A stretch of 63,679 nucleotides of DNA from Octopus bimaculoides (GCF_001194135.2 NC_068993.1:6174747-6238425), one strand, 5' to 3'; shown: positions 23,545-37,992, counted from the stretch's first letter. Translations and numbers: made by a program. Notes: generated from the letters alone by a model not told the origin.

Positions 23545-23914
23545 TATGTGTGTGCGCATCACGCCACATTCTACGCTGCACCCAAACTTTGCTTTGATGT
23601 TGAAACTAAACTTAACATGGGATTATGCTATGCTATTTTTCGTTAAAACCTTTATCCCATTCGGCTTTGAAGATTTTCCTGTTAGTAAGATATTTGAGAC
23701 CATCATGAAACAAATTCAATCACGTGTGTTTTTTTGTGTAATACTCTACACCGTCGTCATACTCTGTCTGCGAGCGAGTGCGCTGGTGAGTGACGTATAG
23801 AACAAGATAGTGGAACTAATAGTGTTTGTCTCAACAATGATTACTCGACATTTCAATGAAGCAAGAATAAAACCGATGAAATAAGTAACAGTAATATAAT
23901 GTAATATAATGAAG

Positions 23915-25065
<1,151 letters not shown>

Positions 25066-26137
25066 CTTCAGCTTCTTCGAAGTCCTTTTCTTTTTTTTTT
25101 TTTCCCCTCTCCTACTTCCGTTTCCGATGTTCTCACAAAAGCTAAGTTTCTTTTAACACCTTTATTTGAATTTCGGTCTTTCATAATCTCCAATTTGAAA
25201 TGCCAACTTCATTTCCATAATTGAATTCAAGAATAAAATATACGGTTTAAAAGTTCCATGACATTCAGTCCATATGACATTCCTTTGTGAATATTTTTGG
25301 TTCAAAATAGAACAGTTCAGTCGTTTTGTCAGGTAGTTTAGTAAAATTCTTCACAACATTAAATACACATGGTTATACACATGAGTATAAATATACAAGC
25401 ATACAAATGTATACGTGCAGGAATATACACAGACAAATCAATGTACACTTGTATATATATGGATAAATATACAAAAAAAACACATATTCGTTGATATATA
25501 TCTCTAAACATATACACCAATGTGTGTGTGTGTGTGTGCGTGATATATATATATATATATATATANNNNNNNNNNNNNNNNNNNNNNNNNNNNNNNNNNN
25601 NNNNNNNNNNNNNNNNNNNNNNNNNNNNNNNNNNNNNNNNNNNNNNNNNNNNNNNNNNNNNNNNNNNNNNNNNNNNNNNNNNNNNNNNNNNNNNNNNNNN
25701 NNNNNNNNNNNNNNNNNNNNNNNNNNNNNNNNNNNNNNNNNNNNNNNNNNNNNNNNNNNNNNNNNNNNNNNNNNNNNNNNNNNNNNNNNNNNNNNNNNNN
25801 NNNNNNNNNNNNNNNNNNNNNNNNNNNNNNNNNNNNNNNNNNNNNNNNNNNNNNNNNNNNNNNNNNNNNNNNNNNNNNNNNNNNNNNNNNNNNNNNNNNN
25901 NNNNNNNNNNNNNNNNNNNNNNNNNNNNNNNNNNNNNNNNNNNNNNNNNNNNNNNNNNNNNNNNNNNNNNNNNNNNNNNNNNNNNNNNNNNNNNNNNNNN
26001 NNNNNNNNNNNNNNNNNNNNNNNNNNNNNNNNNNNNNNNNNNNNNNNNNNNNNNNNNNNNNNNNNNNNNNNNNNNNNNNNNNNNNNNNNNNNNNNNNNNN
26101 NNNNNNNNNNNNNNNNNNNNNNNNNNNNNNNNNNNNN

Positions 26138-26174
<37 letters not shown>

Positions 26175-26946
26175 GACGCGTTTCTACGCAGTTTCCGTCT
26201 ATCATATATACTCACAAGGAATTAGTCGGTTCGGAGCTATAGTAGAAAGCACTTGCTAATGTGTCGAGCAGTGGGACTGAAACCTAAACCACGTCGTTCA
26301 CAGAGAGCTTCTTAGTCACACAGGCATGCTTGCACTTATAGATACAAAATAAATACAAAAATATTATTTTTAGAATTATTACAAACGAAATGAAAGACGA
26401 TATATACTCTAAATCGTTGTCAATTTCTTTTTTTATATATATATATATATGTATATACATGATATGGTATTTTGAAGATGATATGATTAGATGTGAAACG
26501 TTCTTGGCTTGCCAGATACGTTGCAAAAACAGAAATGGAAAATATATAAAAGAATAATAATTCGAGATGTTTTACGATTAAAAAGAACATATGCAATGGT
26601 AATATATAATTTTAACGCTATCAATTTATTATCTAAAACCATAAAAAAAGAAGAACGTACGTATACACGAGATTGATGTGATGTCAATAAGTAGTAAAGA
26701 AAAAATAATTCTGCATTATGGTAATGAGATATTAGTCAGGTGAGTGCACACCCACAAATCCTAATGGAGACTCATAGATGCTTGAAACGGTGTCAATCAA
26801 TAGTTGACTAGCGATCATTCTTTAACGATGCTGGAGAAATGAAAGACGAAGTCATGAACGGTCGAATTTGAACTCGGAAAGTTGAGGGACGTAACTAAAA
26901 GCGCCGCAAAGTATTTAGTGCAACATGTTGAAATTTCTCTTAATGA

Positions 26947-27132
26947 AGGCGGCGAACCGGTAAAATCGTTAACATGCTGGGCAAAATGCTTAGCGGTACT
27001 TATCTTATCGACCCCGAAACGATGAAAGGCAAAGCCGACCTCAGCAGAATTTGAACTCAGAATATAAGGGCGGACGAGATGCCGCTGAGCATTTTGCCAG
27101 CGTGCTAACGTTTCTGCCAGCTCGTCACCGTT
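26947..27132. mobile_element. SINE B head (+) fused to an inverted SINE B copy (-)
   Basis: GGCGGCGAACCGGTAAAATCGTTAACATGCTGGGCAAAATGCTTAGCGGTA is followed directly by a minus copy ending GCCGCTGAGCATTTTGCCAGCGTGCTAACGTTTCTGCCAGCTCGTCACC. Confidence 0.8.
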
Positions 27133-27229
27133 TTCTCTGAATATATTCAAGGATGCTATTTACCTATCGAAGCATCGTCAGAGACAGTATTGGATTGATT
27201 ACAAAGCTACTGTTTATATAATTATTGGC

Positions 27230-27450
27230 TTCAAAATTTTGGCACAAGACCAGGAAGTTCGGTGGAGGTGAGGGGGGGGGGGGGTTAAATCCATTACGTC
27301 GACTCCAGTGCTCAACTGGTACTTATTTTATTGCCCCGTAAGAATGAAAAGCAATGTCGACCTCGGAGGATTCAGAATGTAAGGACGGACGTAGTGATGC
27401 TTAGCATTTTGTTCGGCGTGCTAACGATTCTGTCAGTTCGCCATCTTTAA
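27230..27450 (-). mobile_element. SINE family B
   Basis: GGCACAAGACCAG..CTCAACTGGTACTTATTT..GTCGACCTCGG..GCTAACGATTCTGTCAGTTCGCC. Confidence 0.75.
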
Positions 27451-29263
27451 TGCTTGTATATTTATTGAGAGCATATGCAAAATTGAAGTAACGCTGGTTG
27501 TAGATCTACGACAGGCTTTAGAGAAGAGTAAGAAATAAAAGCGATAGGTATCAGCTTGTCGACAGAATCAAAACATAAGAGAAAAAGTTTGGAATATTTA
27601 TATATGTAAAAAATGGAAAAGATCGGTTTAAATTTATTCAAAATTATGAAATAAGCAAATTGGGGAAAACAGGCAAAATATTTTAAAAAAATAATATAGG
27701 ATGTCTAGCTGGCAGAATAAAATGGTAATAATGACCTTATATGGTAATTATTGGCCTGGGGAGGTTACTTCAAAGAATCAATGTTTATGTAAATAAATAT
27801 GTTCTTTAAAATATTCTTTAAAATATTCATCTGGTTAGTTTTCACTGTTTTAATGTTTACATAATCATTTTCCTTAAGTTATTCTCTAATATACAGTGTG
27901 TCTGGGCTAAATTTACGAGTTTTATGGCTCTCTCTCTCTCTCTTGTTTTTTTTTTTTTTGTTTTTTTTTTCGTCAAGAATTGCTTGATGCATTGGTGAAC
28001 AGTCGACAGCGTTCAAGAGCATAAAGATCAAAGTTGCACGTGAGAAAACGTTACTTGACATGGAGGACTGGAAACCGTCTGAATGTTGGTTTCAAATTTT
28101 GACACAAGACCAGCAATTTCGAGGCAGAGCCGGTGAAAAAGGAAATGTGGCTACAGCCATGGTAATATGATAATTTTCTGGTTATATCATAGAAATTACT
28201 TACTTCTAACCATCTGTAGGCTCAAAGCAGACCACACATTCGCTGGTCTTGCAAGCAGTCTGATTGAATGACTTGAAGCATCCAATTGGCATGAATGGGC
28301 GTGGTCATGTGACTACATGTAGAAACCAGGTAAAATACGTCAATTGGCAGTTAAGACTAGACAGCCAAATAATAAACATAGCATTCGATACACCATGTGA
28401 GACACAGAAGAATCAAGTAACCTTCCTCTCTACCAATCACGGAACACCACGTATTGCGTACAGAAAGTAAAAAAATAAAATATACCCTCCCTCTGGGTTA
28501 CAAGAGATGGTGCACGACAAACAACTACACGCAACCAGTTACAAGATACTTTGCGTTCCGGAGGGATCTTAACAACATTGACAATCTTTTGCACTCTCAT
28601 ACAAACAGAAGGGTTCAAGACTTTCTCTTGCCACAGTGTATATTTTGTGTGAGACACCAGAGGGCGCAGCTTTTGAGCGCACAGCTCCTTCTTAAATTTT
28701 GAGATAACCTTGCGGTATAAGAGAGAGCACGCAACTCCTCCTTATAATTCAAGATAACCTCACAAGGCTATCGTATATAGTGGATCAAAGAGTTTGAGGT
28801 TTTTGTTTCCTTATTCTGTTGTGGTATGGATTCCAACACTATTTATAAATCAGAGAAATATTGGTCAAAGTAGTTTAACTGTAACTCATAATAGTTTTGC
28901 GATGATTTACTTGCGTTTTGTTGTGATCTACTTACGTTTTTAAAAACGAGAGGTGTACAGGCGTCTAAAACATTAACTTTACACCACCGTTTTGTTTTAT
29001 CTTCTACAGTCATATTCACATAACTAATATTATTCCTCTCAAATGTTTATAAATATACATACATACACACACATACACATATATAATCTTAAAAATTATT
29101 ACTTTTAAAACTGCCATCATTCATCCATGACATGGAGTATACAGAATTCCAACGTGAGAAAATGCAACATAAATATCAAAACTAGCTATTATTTCAGAAA
29201 ATTTTGAGGAGACATGTATGTTTAAATGATTATATAAAAATATTTCAGTTAGAGCATCGTCAT

Positions 29264-29353
<90 letters not shown>

Positions 29354-29847
29354 TTAGAACAGATATTGTGTGATGGTATATATGTAATATATAAATTTTA
29401 TACAAAAATGCTGGTAAACACCATAAGAAAAGTTATGCTTTTAATTGCTAATAAAAATATCTTGACATATGTGTTTATGATTGTCTGTGATGGATATTAA
29501 TTTTTTTCTTCTATAACATTAATAAAATTTCTTGATGTGTGAGTTTATAACTGCGCCTGACAGTTTGAAATATTTGAAAACTGGAATTAATGCTTATTAT
29601 AATTGATTGTAGTTGTTTTATTTAAGGATGATCATTCTGAGATATGTTAGAAGGAAAACGGGTTGTTGACTTATTGATAAAAGAAAACCAGACGTTTGTA
29701 TAAAGGGAGCTCATAAAATTATGACAATATAAATTTAATGCACAGAAAATGCAAAAGCATGTATAAAAATATATTACTGTGTATACCTATGCACGCATAC
29801 ATACATACATACACACACGCACACACATATACATATATATGTGTGTG

Positions 29848-29878
<31 letters not shown>

Positions 29879-30589
29879 NNNNNNNNNNNNNNNNNNNNNN
29901 NNNNNNNNNNNNNNNNNNNNNNNNNNNNNNNNNNNNNNNNNNNNNNNNNNNNNNNNNNNNNNNNNNNNNNNNNNNNNNNNNNNNNNNNNNNNNNNNNNNN
30001 NNNNNNNNNNNNNNNNNNNNNNNNNNNNNNNNNNNNNNNNNNNNNNNNNNNNNNNNNNNNNNNNNNNNNNNNNNNNNNNNNNNNNNNNNNNNNNNNNNNN
30101 NNNNNNNNNNNNNNNNNNNNNNNNNNNNNNNNNNNNNNNNNNNNNNNNNNNNNNNNNNNNNNNNNNNNNNNNNNNNNNNNNNNNNNNAATAATATATGTA
30201 TATAAATATAATTTAGAGAAGAACCACCGATATACAATTCAAACAATGAAGGAGACCAATCACCATCCAGAAAAGCATACTCTACAAAATACTAATTTAA
30301 AAATCTATAAAACCTAAAAGAAAAGTATAAAATCCATTAAAATCTATAAAATACTAGACTAAAAATTTAATTCAACTTAGTAAATTGATAAAATAGAATG
30401 TAAAGTGTTGACTACGCGCGTTTCGTGGCCACATTATAACAGAAAAACCAGTACAATTCACAATAAATAGATCAAGATTATATTCTACTCAAAATACGGT
30501 CACTCCTCAGGTCTCTGGAAAAATAAGAATTCAAATAACGTATCTTACTAAATAAATAACAAAAATATCCTTTCTTCTTCCTGTGACGA

Positions 30590-30725
30590 CATATTGTCAC
30601 GTGATTTATATATTATAAATTCTACGCAGTAAGCTTAATATTTGAGTTCACGGAGCAACGCTATATTGTCACGTGACTTACTTCATATAAATTCTACGCA
30701 TTAAGGTTAAAATCAGAGTTCACAA
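30590..30725. repeat. Two-copy tandem duplication, period about 71 bp
   Basis: TATTGTCACGTGA..ATAAATTCTACGCA..GAGTTCAC occurs near 30593 and 30664. Confidence 0.85.
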
Positions 30726-31327
30726 GAGATCGTCGATAAGATAAGTGATGCCGTTTATTTTACTAATATTGTTTAACGTTCGTATTTATTTATTCAATAG
30801 CGCTATCTTTTTATATATATTTCTGTTCATAAAGACGTTTACCATTAGTCCACAGATATTATTTTAGATGAATCATGCCTTTAAATTGAAGATACGAGGG
30901 CCTAAATACACCAACATCGGTTGTCAAGCGATGGTAGGGGGACGAAGAGAGGCACACAAATATATGCATACACACAGACACACACACACAGCCACTCCTG
31001 CGCCTATATATATATATATAAGCACAGAATGTATGCAATATATTACATATTTAGATTACATATATGTATGTACGTGTGTGTGTGTGTGTGTACACGAGTA
31101 CTTAAATGTGTCTGTCTGTATTCAGTACATATACATACACACATGCACACACATACCCAGATGTGTATTATATTTCATTTAATGTATGTGGTGGTGCTCC
31201 AGCATGGCTACACCCTTTGGGCTGAAACATATAAAAGAATAAAGTATATACATACATATATACATACATACATGTATGTATGTATGTATGTATGCATGCA
31301 TGCATGTATGTATGTATGCATGTATAG

Positions 31328-31382
<55 letters not shown>

Positions 31383-32205
31383 TGTGTGTGTCTGTGTGTG
31401 TGTGTTTGTGTGTGTATGCGTATGCGTGTGCGTACTCTTCGAAACGCCAGTGTTTCAATGGTGGCAACTGATGAAGGAAATGTTCTCTGTGTGGCCTGCG
31501 TGTTTTTTGTACCTTGTTTATCATTTTTTCCATGCTTTTTTGCAACGTCATGTACCCAGATATGTATCTATATGTACATGTGGATGAAGGTATGTACATA
31601 CATGTACATATATATGCATATACTCGTATATTTTTTATATATATACATACACGACCTTAGTACTAATACAGAAGAATATTGCTCCTTAGATCACATGACT
31701 GTTATAATGGAGGTGTTTTAGTCACAATGCTGTAACTATTTAACTGAATTTCTCCAAGTGCGGCAGCTTTTCCTTACACTTCCTTGTATATTGTCATTCA
31801 AACTATGGATACAAATGAAGTACATTTTGATTTACATTTATTTCCAACACAAAAACATTGTTGTTTAGTTATAACAGGTGCTTTTTTTTTAGTTGGTTAG
31901 TTTTTTTTATCTTTTCAAATCTGTTGTGATTAATCTTAAGTAAATACGTACATACATACATACATACATACATATACATATATACAAATATATATANNNN
32001 NNNNNNNNNNNNNNNNNNNNNNNNNNNNNNNNNNNNNNNNNNNNNNNNNNNNNNNNNNNNNNNNNNNNNNNNNNNNNNNNNNNNNNNNNNNNNNNNNNNN
32101 NNNNNNNNNNNNNNNNNNNNNNNNNNNNNNNNNNNNNNNNNNNNNNNNNNNNNNNNNNNNNNNNNNNNNNNNNNNNNNNNNNNNNNNNNNNNNNNNNNNN
32201 NNNNN

Positions 32206-32237
<32 letters not shown>

Positions 32238-32647
32238 TGCTCAACACCGCAATAGTGAATAAAATTTCTTTATTTGAATATTAAGGCTACCATTTGGTTT
32301 CATGTTAAGAAAAATATCTTAGTACCTTAACAACTCTTCAAGCCGATCACATGGCAGGATGGTGTTCAACTCTATTTCCAAAATGGAGACGGACATGTAT
32401 GCATGTGTGTATGTATGTATGTTTGTGTGTTTGTGTGTGTAAGTGTGTGTCTGTAAACCATCTATGAGTCCATAACGTCTACCTCTGAAGAGCGCAGGGT
32501 TAAATGATCGGACTGTTACCTAACACTCAGTTGAATTCCTATTGCGAAACTGATTCGTTCGATCGGCCGTAATGGCATATCTAAATCTATTATTTTTCCT
32601 TTTGTTTTGACTAAATACGTTCTACTTCGGATATTTTAAATCTCTAT

Positions 32648-32992
32648 AGGCGCAGCGTGCCTGTGTGGTACGAACCTTGCTTCCCAACCATATGGTTCTG
32701 GGTTCAGTTTCACTGCGTGGCACCTTGAGCAAGTGTCTTCTACTATAGCCTCGAGCTGATCAAAGCCTTGCAAGTGGATTTGGTAGACGGAAAACGAAAG
32801 AAGCCCGTCGTATATATATATGTATGTATATATGTGGGTGTATGTCTGTGCTTGACCCACCCCCACCATCACCAGGCAACCGATGTTGGTGTGTTTACGT
32901 CCCCATAAATTAGCTGTTCGTCTGATAGAATAAGTACTAGGCTTACAAGGAATAAGTCCTGGGATCGCAGTCAAATTACTGAAACAAGTAAA
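32648..32992 (+). mobile_element. SINE family A
   Basis: GGCGCAGCGTGCCTGTGTGGTA..GGGTTCAGTTT..CCTTGAGCAAGTGTCTTCTACTATAGCC..GAAACAAGTAAA. Confidence 0.85.
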
Positions 32993-33026
<34 letters not shown>

Positions 33027-33477
33027 NNNNNNNNNNNNNNNNNNNNNNNNNNNNNNNNNNNNNNNNNNNNNNNNNNNNNNNNNNNNNNNNNNNNNNNNNN
33101 NNNNNNNNNNNNNNNNNNNNNNNNNNNNNNNNNNNNNNNNNNNNNNNNNNNNNNNNNNNNNNNNNNNNNNNNNNNNNNNNNNNNNNNNNNNNNNNNNNNN
33201 NNNNNNNNNNNNNNNNNNNNNNNNNNNNNNNNNNNNNNNNNNNNNNNNNNNNNNNNNNNNNNNNNNNNNNNNNNNNNNATATATATATATATATATATAT
33301 ACGACTTCTTTCAGGGCTTGTTTCAGTTTCCGTCTGTCAAATCCACTCACGAGGCTATAGTAGAAGACACGTTCCCAAAGTTCCAGGTAGTGGGATTCAA
33401 CCTGTAAGCATGCGCACTTGGCAAGGAAGCTTCTTAGCACAGAGCCACGCCTGCACATATAACATGTGTGTGTGAGT

Positions 33478-33690
33478 GTGTGTATGAAAAATATATTCAA
33501 TATACATGCGTGCATACATAAAAACTCTCACACACACACAACTTACACTACACTCCACACACATACAACCACGTCCGTGTGTGTGTGTATGAAAAATATA
33601 TTCAATATACATGCGTGCATACAAACTCACACACACACACACACCACTTGCAACAGACTCTACACACATACAACCACGTCCGTGTGTGTG
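33478..33690. repeat. Two-copy tandem duplication of about 105 bp
   Basis: GTGTATGAAAAATATATTCAATATACATGCGTGCATACA..CATACAACCACGTCCGTGTG occurs twice. Confidence 0.85.
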
Positions 33691-34636
33691 TGTGTGTGTG
33701 TGTGGTGTGTGTGTATATGTATGTGTGCCATGTACCGATATCTCAAAATATTTACTTGTTGAACTTTGCCTATATACATTGAACTTCGTTTATTTATCGT
33801 GATTATAGATTTTCTATTTCGTCTATGGCTAATATGGTCTGCTCTGGGGGTAACAAACAACAACAACAACAACAACAGCCGCAACCGCAGCATCATCAAA
33901 GCAAAGCAAATAAATAGGAAATTTAATAAAAAAAAATATGTAAGAAACAGTTTTCGTAGCATGGAAATGGTTTTGCTGATTACGAAGCTTATTGAGATGG
34001 TCTCATACGATGAGAATTGAGATATATTTGTATTGGAAATATTAAAGAAATATTATTATATATTGATAGAAAGGGAAATAGATAGATAGATAGAGAAATA
34101 GAGAGAGAGAGAGAGAGAGAGGAAAGGAGGAAATGAGAGAAAGGGAGGTTTAGTTAGATATAGACACAACTGTACAGAGACCCTATTAAGCACATGCATA
34201 CTCGCATGCACACAAACATACTCAGACATACAAAAACATACATACATACATACATACAAAAACATACATACATACATACATACAAATATAATTACATACA
34301 TACATACATACAAATATAATTACATACATACATACATACAAATATAATTACATATATACATGCATGCATGCATGCATACATACCTAAAGGCATATATAGA
34401 CGTATACATACATTCCTATACATATTCTCTTCCTGATAACTTTTCGTATGAATGCAGAAATTGGCAGGGCTGCCATACTGTTGCAAAAACTTCGAAGACA
34501 GACACTACATACCAGAAAAAGTTTATGCATGTGGATGCTTCGCGAAAACTCGAAGAGAATGATAACTTGAAGTATAAGCTGTTTTCGTTTTGTGTCTGCA
34601 ACATTACGTCATTCTTTCTTTCTTGAAGATTAAACT

Positions 34637-35005
34637 TACGCAATTAAAGAAGAGGAAATGGACACAAAATATTTAACGGAAAACGAAACAATGAATCCCG
34701 AAGATTCCAGATATCGACTGTAAATATCGATTATGTGATTCTGCTGTGGAGGACACAACATTTGTAATTAGCAGCTACTCAAAGATGTCGTCGAGGTAAT
34801 ACCTCACATGCTGTTGCTACAATAATATATAATGCCATCTACAGAAAAAACTGCTCTGGGATAAATATAAACAACACATCTGCTACAGAATACATGACGT
34901 AACAGCAAAAGGAATATTGGTGGGACATTTCCATCTAAACGTCTGCTAAATGCAAATATAAGATTGCCTGATATTGTTATTTGAGACAGAAAAATAAATA
35001 TGCCT
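34637..35005 (+). mobile_element. R4/Dong-like non-LTR retrotransposon remnant: zinc knuckle and start of the RLE endonuclease
   Basis: Reading through stops and frameshifts gives YAIKEEEMDTKYL, KYRLCDSAVEDTTFVISSYSKMSSR*YL (decayed CCHC), HAVATIIYNAI, KEYWWDISI and PDIVI*DRK (the PD of PD-(D/E)xK). Confidence 0.8.
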
Positions 35006-35150
35006 TCCAGTAGAAGAAAGAGGTAAGAGAGGATTAGTTAGAACTGAAGTTAATTCGATTCTCAGGAGTCTTGCAAAGGAGAGAAAAGATGTTGCCAGAA
35101 TGTTGTCAGAAGCCACTGAGACCTGAGAAAGCAAGCCATAGTACCAGGGT
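35003..35150 (+). mobile_element. Possible HERO-like C-terminal fragment inside the Dong-like element
   Basis: PVEERGKRGLVRTEVNSILRSLAKERKDVARMLSEATE then EKASH loosely matches PVEVGCRG..LSEAAEKASxW. Confidence 0.4.
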
Positions 35151-35180
35151 CTAGAGACAGCCAGCGAGAGAGAGGGGAGA

Positions 35181-35285
35181 GGAAGTGGAGAGAGAGGAAG
35201 TGGAGAGAGAGGAAGTGGAGAGAGAGGAAGTGGAGAGAGAGGAAGTGGAGAGAGAGGAAGTGGAGAGAGAGGAAGTGGAGAGAGA
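35181..35285. repeat. 15-bp minisatellite (GGAAGTGGAGAGAGA) x7
   Basis: Seven perfect units are directly visible. Confidence 0.97.
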
Positions 35286-35509
35286 GGATGAGTGCTATAG
35301 TAAGAATGATCTTTGAGGTTGAGAGAAACCTATGGCCCAGAGTCGCAATATCTGAGTCAATAAATCTCGTGTGGGAATTCTGTCGCCTACATCGATGGAT
35401 GGCCTCGGGCAGCTCTGATATCGCGGTGGAAGGAATCGAAACACCGAAAGAGCTTCTTCACCGTCAAGTACAGCATATCAGTGTTTACCCTAAATTAAAA
35501 ATATAGCGG

Positions 35510-35771
35510 GTAGCTGATTTGCAGCTGTGAACATCTTTTCGGCGAACAGGAGAATATCTGTAGACAACTACTTCGAATTTTATCGCTCTTCTTTCTTCAT
35601 TATGAATCTACATTTATACAAATAATCTTTCGTACATTTGGTTATATTAGTAAATGCTTAAGAGACAATTTCGAAAATCTAGGATTTTCAAGTAAAGGAA
35701 CGAGTCGGCTGACAAATTCTTTACAGATGCAGTGGTTAAGAGGAACAGTAAAAATTTGCAAAGCTGATTAA
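35510..35771 (+). mobile_element. R4/Dong-like remnant, C-terminal end of the RLE domain
   Basis: An open frame without Met reads QENICRQLLRILSLFFLHYESTFIQIIFRTFGYISKCLRDNFENLGFSSKGTSRLTNSLQMQWLRGTVKICKAD*. This fits the family ending (ENxY..LLRNL..Y....IPIIIGALGY..CL..NL..LGF..LQ....GTVKICK). Confidence 0.8.
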
Positions 35772-37199
35772 TCATCGCGAAGGTTATCCAAACTCCAATG
35801 CTGGCGTTTTTACTTTGTTAGAAACCAACTCCTCATTTTAAGGAAGAATTCTAAAGAAACATCGTTAAAAACATACATGCAAGTAAACGTAAATATAATA
35901 CATACTTCCACACATATTTTATAAGTTATTGGAACAAACTTATAACGCAAAGAGAGTCAGCCTCACACGGAGAGAGGGACAGCTTCACACACACACAAAT
36001 ACGTATTTTCAGAGAGAGAGAGAGAGAGAGACAGATAGAGAGACAAAGACAGACAGTCAGATAGAGAGGGAGAGAGTCAGAAATACACGCACATACACAT
36101 ACACGAACACACATACCTACGTAGAATGATACACTGACAGAGTCCAACGAGTCAGACATACCAAGAAATGAGTGTTTTAGACACACTGATAGAAAAAAAT
36201 GTGATGTCGAGAGAGAAAGAGAGCGAGAGANNNNNNNNNNNNNNNNNNNNNNNNNNNNNNNNNNNNNNNNNNNNNNNNNNNNNNNNNNNNNNNNNNNNNN
36301 NNNNNNNNNNNNNNNNNNNNNNNNNNNNNNNNNNNNNNNNNNNNNNNNNNNNNNNNNNNNNNNNNNNNNNNNGGGAGAGAGGGGAGAGAGGGGGAGATAG
36401 GGAAGGGAGAGAATCACAGTTACATGGTGAATATAACCAACACAAACACTTTCCTACAAGTGAGTCTGTTGTCTCTCTCACTCTCTTACTCTCTCATTCT
36501 CTCACTCTTTCTCCTTATTTCTCTCATACTCCCTCTTTCTCTTTCTTCCTCTCATTCTCCCTCTTTGTCTTTCTCTGTCTCTCTCTTTCTCTCTCCCTCC
36601 CTTCTCTCTCTCATTCTCCCTCTTTCCTTCTCTCACTCTTTCTCTCTCTCTCTCTCTCTCTCCCGCTCTCTTCTTCTCCCCCCTCTCTCCTTCTCTCTAC
36701 ACTGATAAAAACCACTTAAAATATTCTTTAATAAAAGCTGTTTCAATGGTGATTATTAAACACGAGTTTAATGATTCTTTATTCCGTTACTAAATTTCAA
36801 AATAGTTATTAAATTGAAGCAATTACATTGTCAAAAAGCTATTTTGGCCCATCTCAAAACGCACATAAACTGTTTTTATTCACATTTCATTTATTTCACG
36901 AAATAAATTAAAAATGAATATAGCAGGAGGTCTTGCGTATCTATATACATATGTGCGTATGCTTTTGTATGCATATGTGTGTATGTGTATGTGTGTGTTT
37001 GTGCTCGCATGTGTGTATTTTTAGACGTCTAAAATAGCTCTTTCTACGATATAATTGCTTTAGTTTCAACAGACGTTTTCCCATCATGTCACTTGCTAGA
37101 CAAATAAGACTCGGAAATATTAAATTGAAGCGCTTCATCTCTATGTAAACATTTAACATACGCCAATTAATATTAGTATTACAGGGATGCGTGCTTCAG

Positions 37200-37495
37200 A
37201 TGTGTAAATGACTTTAAATATCTGGGATCGTGTAAAAGAGAAGTCAAAAAGGGACAGCAAAGCAAGAATTAAATTGGCATGGCCAGCAGTAAGCAAGATG
37301 TCTGCAATTATGTAATGACCTCAAAAACACAGTTTATTTTAGAATTGCTATAGAAAGCACATTGATATATAGATCTGAATAGAAACCAGAAAGAAATAGA
37401 AACCAGGGTAGATAGAACATGTACGAAAATGTTAAGTGGGGGTAAACAAGGTTTCTTGGGGCGAATATTTAACGAATAATATTTTATAATGGAAA
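37200..37495 (+). mobile_element. RTE-clade LINE reverse-transcriptase C-terminal remnant
   Basis: VNDFKYLGS, KARIKLAWPAVSKMSAI, FRIAIESTLIYRSE*, ETRVDRTCTKML and VSWGEYLTN follow the RTE-type order FKYLGS..ALAW..ES.L.YGSE.W..IDG.YTRMLR..VSW. Confidence 0.75.
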
Positions 37496-37790
37496 TACAG
37501 GGCTTGATTGAAAAGTATCGAGACTTCTGCTATAACAGCAAAACTTCAACACATATCTATTCGGTATTTGATCCCCTTTGAAGTTGTCCCCTTCCGAAGT
37601 CACACACTCCATCCAGTGTCATTGTCATTGATGGAAGCATTTCTGGAATCCCTTTTCTGGGATAGCAATCTGCCGCCTCGTCGCAGTCTCTTGGATTTTC
37701 CTCGACGTCTCTGGGGATATGGTGGGTATCGAAGCTGGGGAATTTTGTGCCTGGCAAATAACTACTACAGCTGAAAGCAATTTTGGCACA
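37496..37790 (-). mobile_element. Mariner transposase 3' end with TIR
   Basis: TA followed by CAGGGCTTGATTGAAAAGTATCGAGACT. The minus frame reads IQETATRRQIAIPEKGFQKCFHQ*Q*HWMECVTSEGDNFKGD, the typical mariner C-terminus. Confidence 0.85.
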
Positions 37791-37849
37791 AACACCATTA
37801 TTAGCCATTATTTGAAACCATTACTATTATAATTGTTGTTAGTTGAATC

Positions 37850-37992
37850 TTCATAAGGCGACGAGATGGCAGAGCCGTTAGCACACAGGGCAAAATGCTT
37901 AGCGGAATTTTGTGAATCTTTACGTTCTGAGTTCAGATTTCGCTGAGTTCGACTTTGCCTTTCATCCTTTCGGGGTCGATAAATTAAGATGG
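37850..37992 (+). mobile_element. SINE family B, 3'-truncated
   Basis: GGCGACGAGATGGCAGAGCCGTTAGCAC..GAGTTCAGATTTCG..GACTTTGCCTTTCATCCTTTCGGGGTCGATAAATTAAG. Confidence 0.85.

Noticed and set aside
26815-27150. 111-aa minus-strand ORF
   Set aside because: It lies entirely over SINE-B copies.
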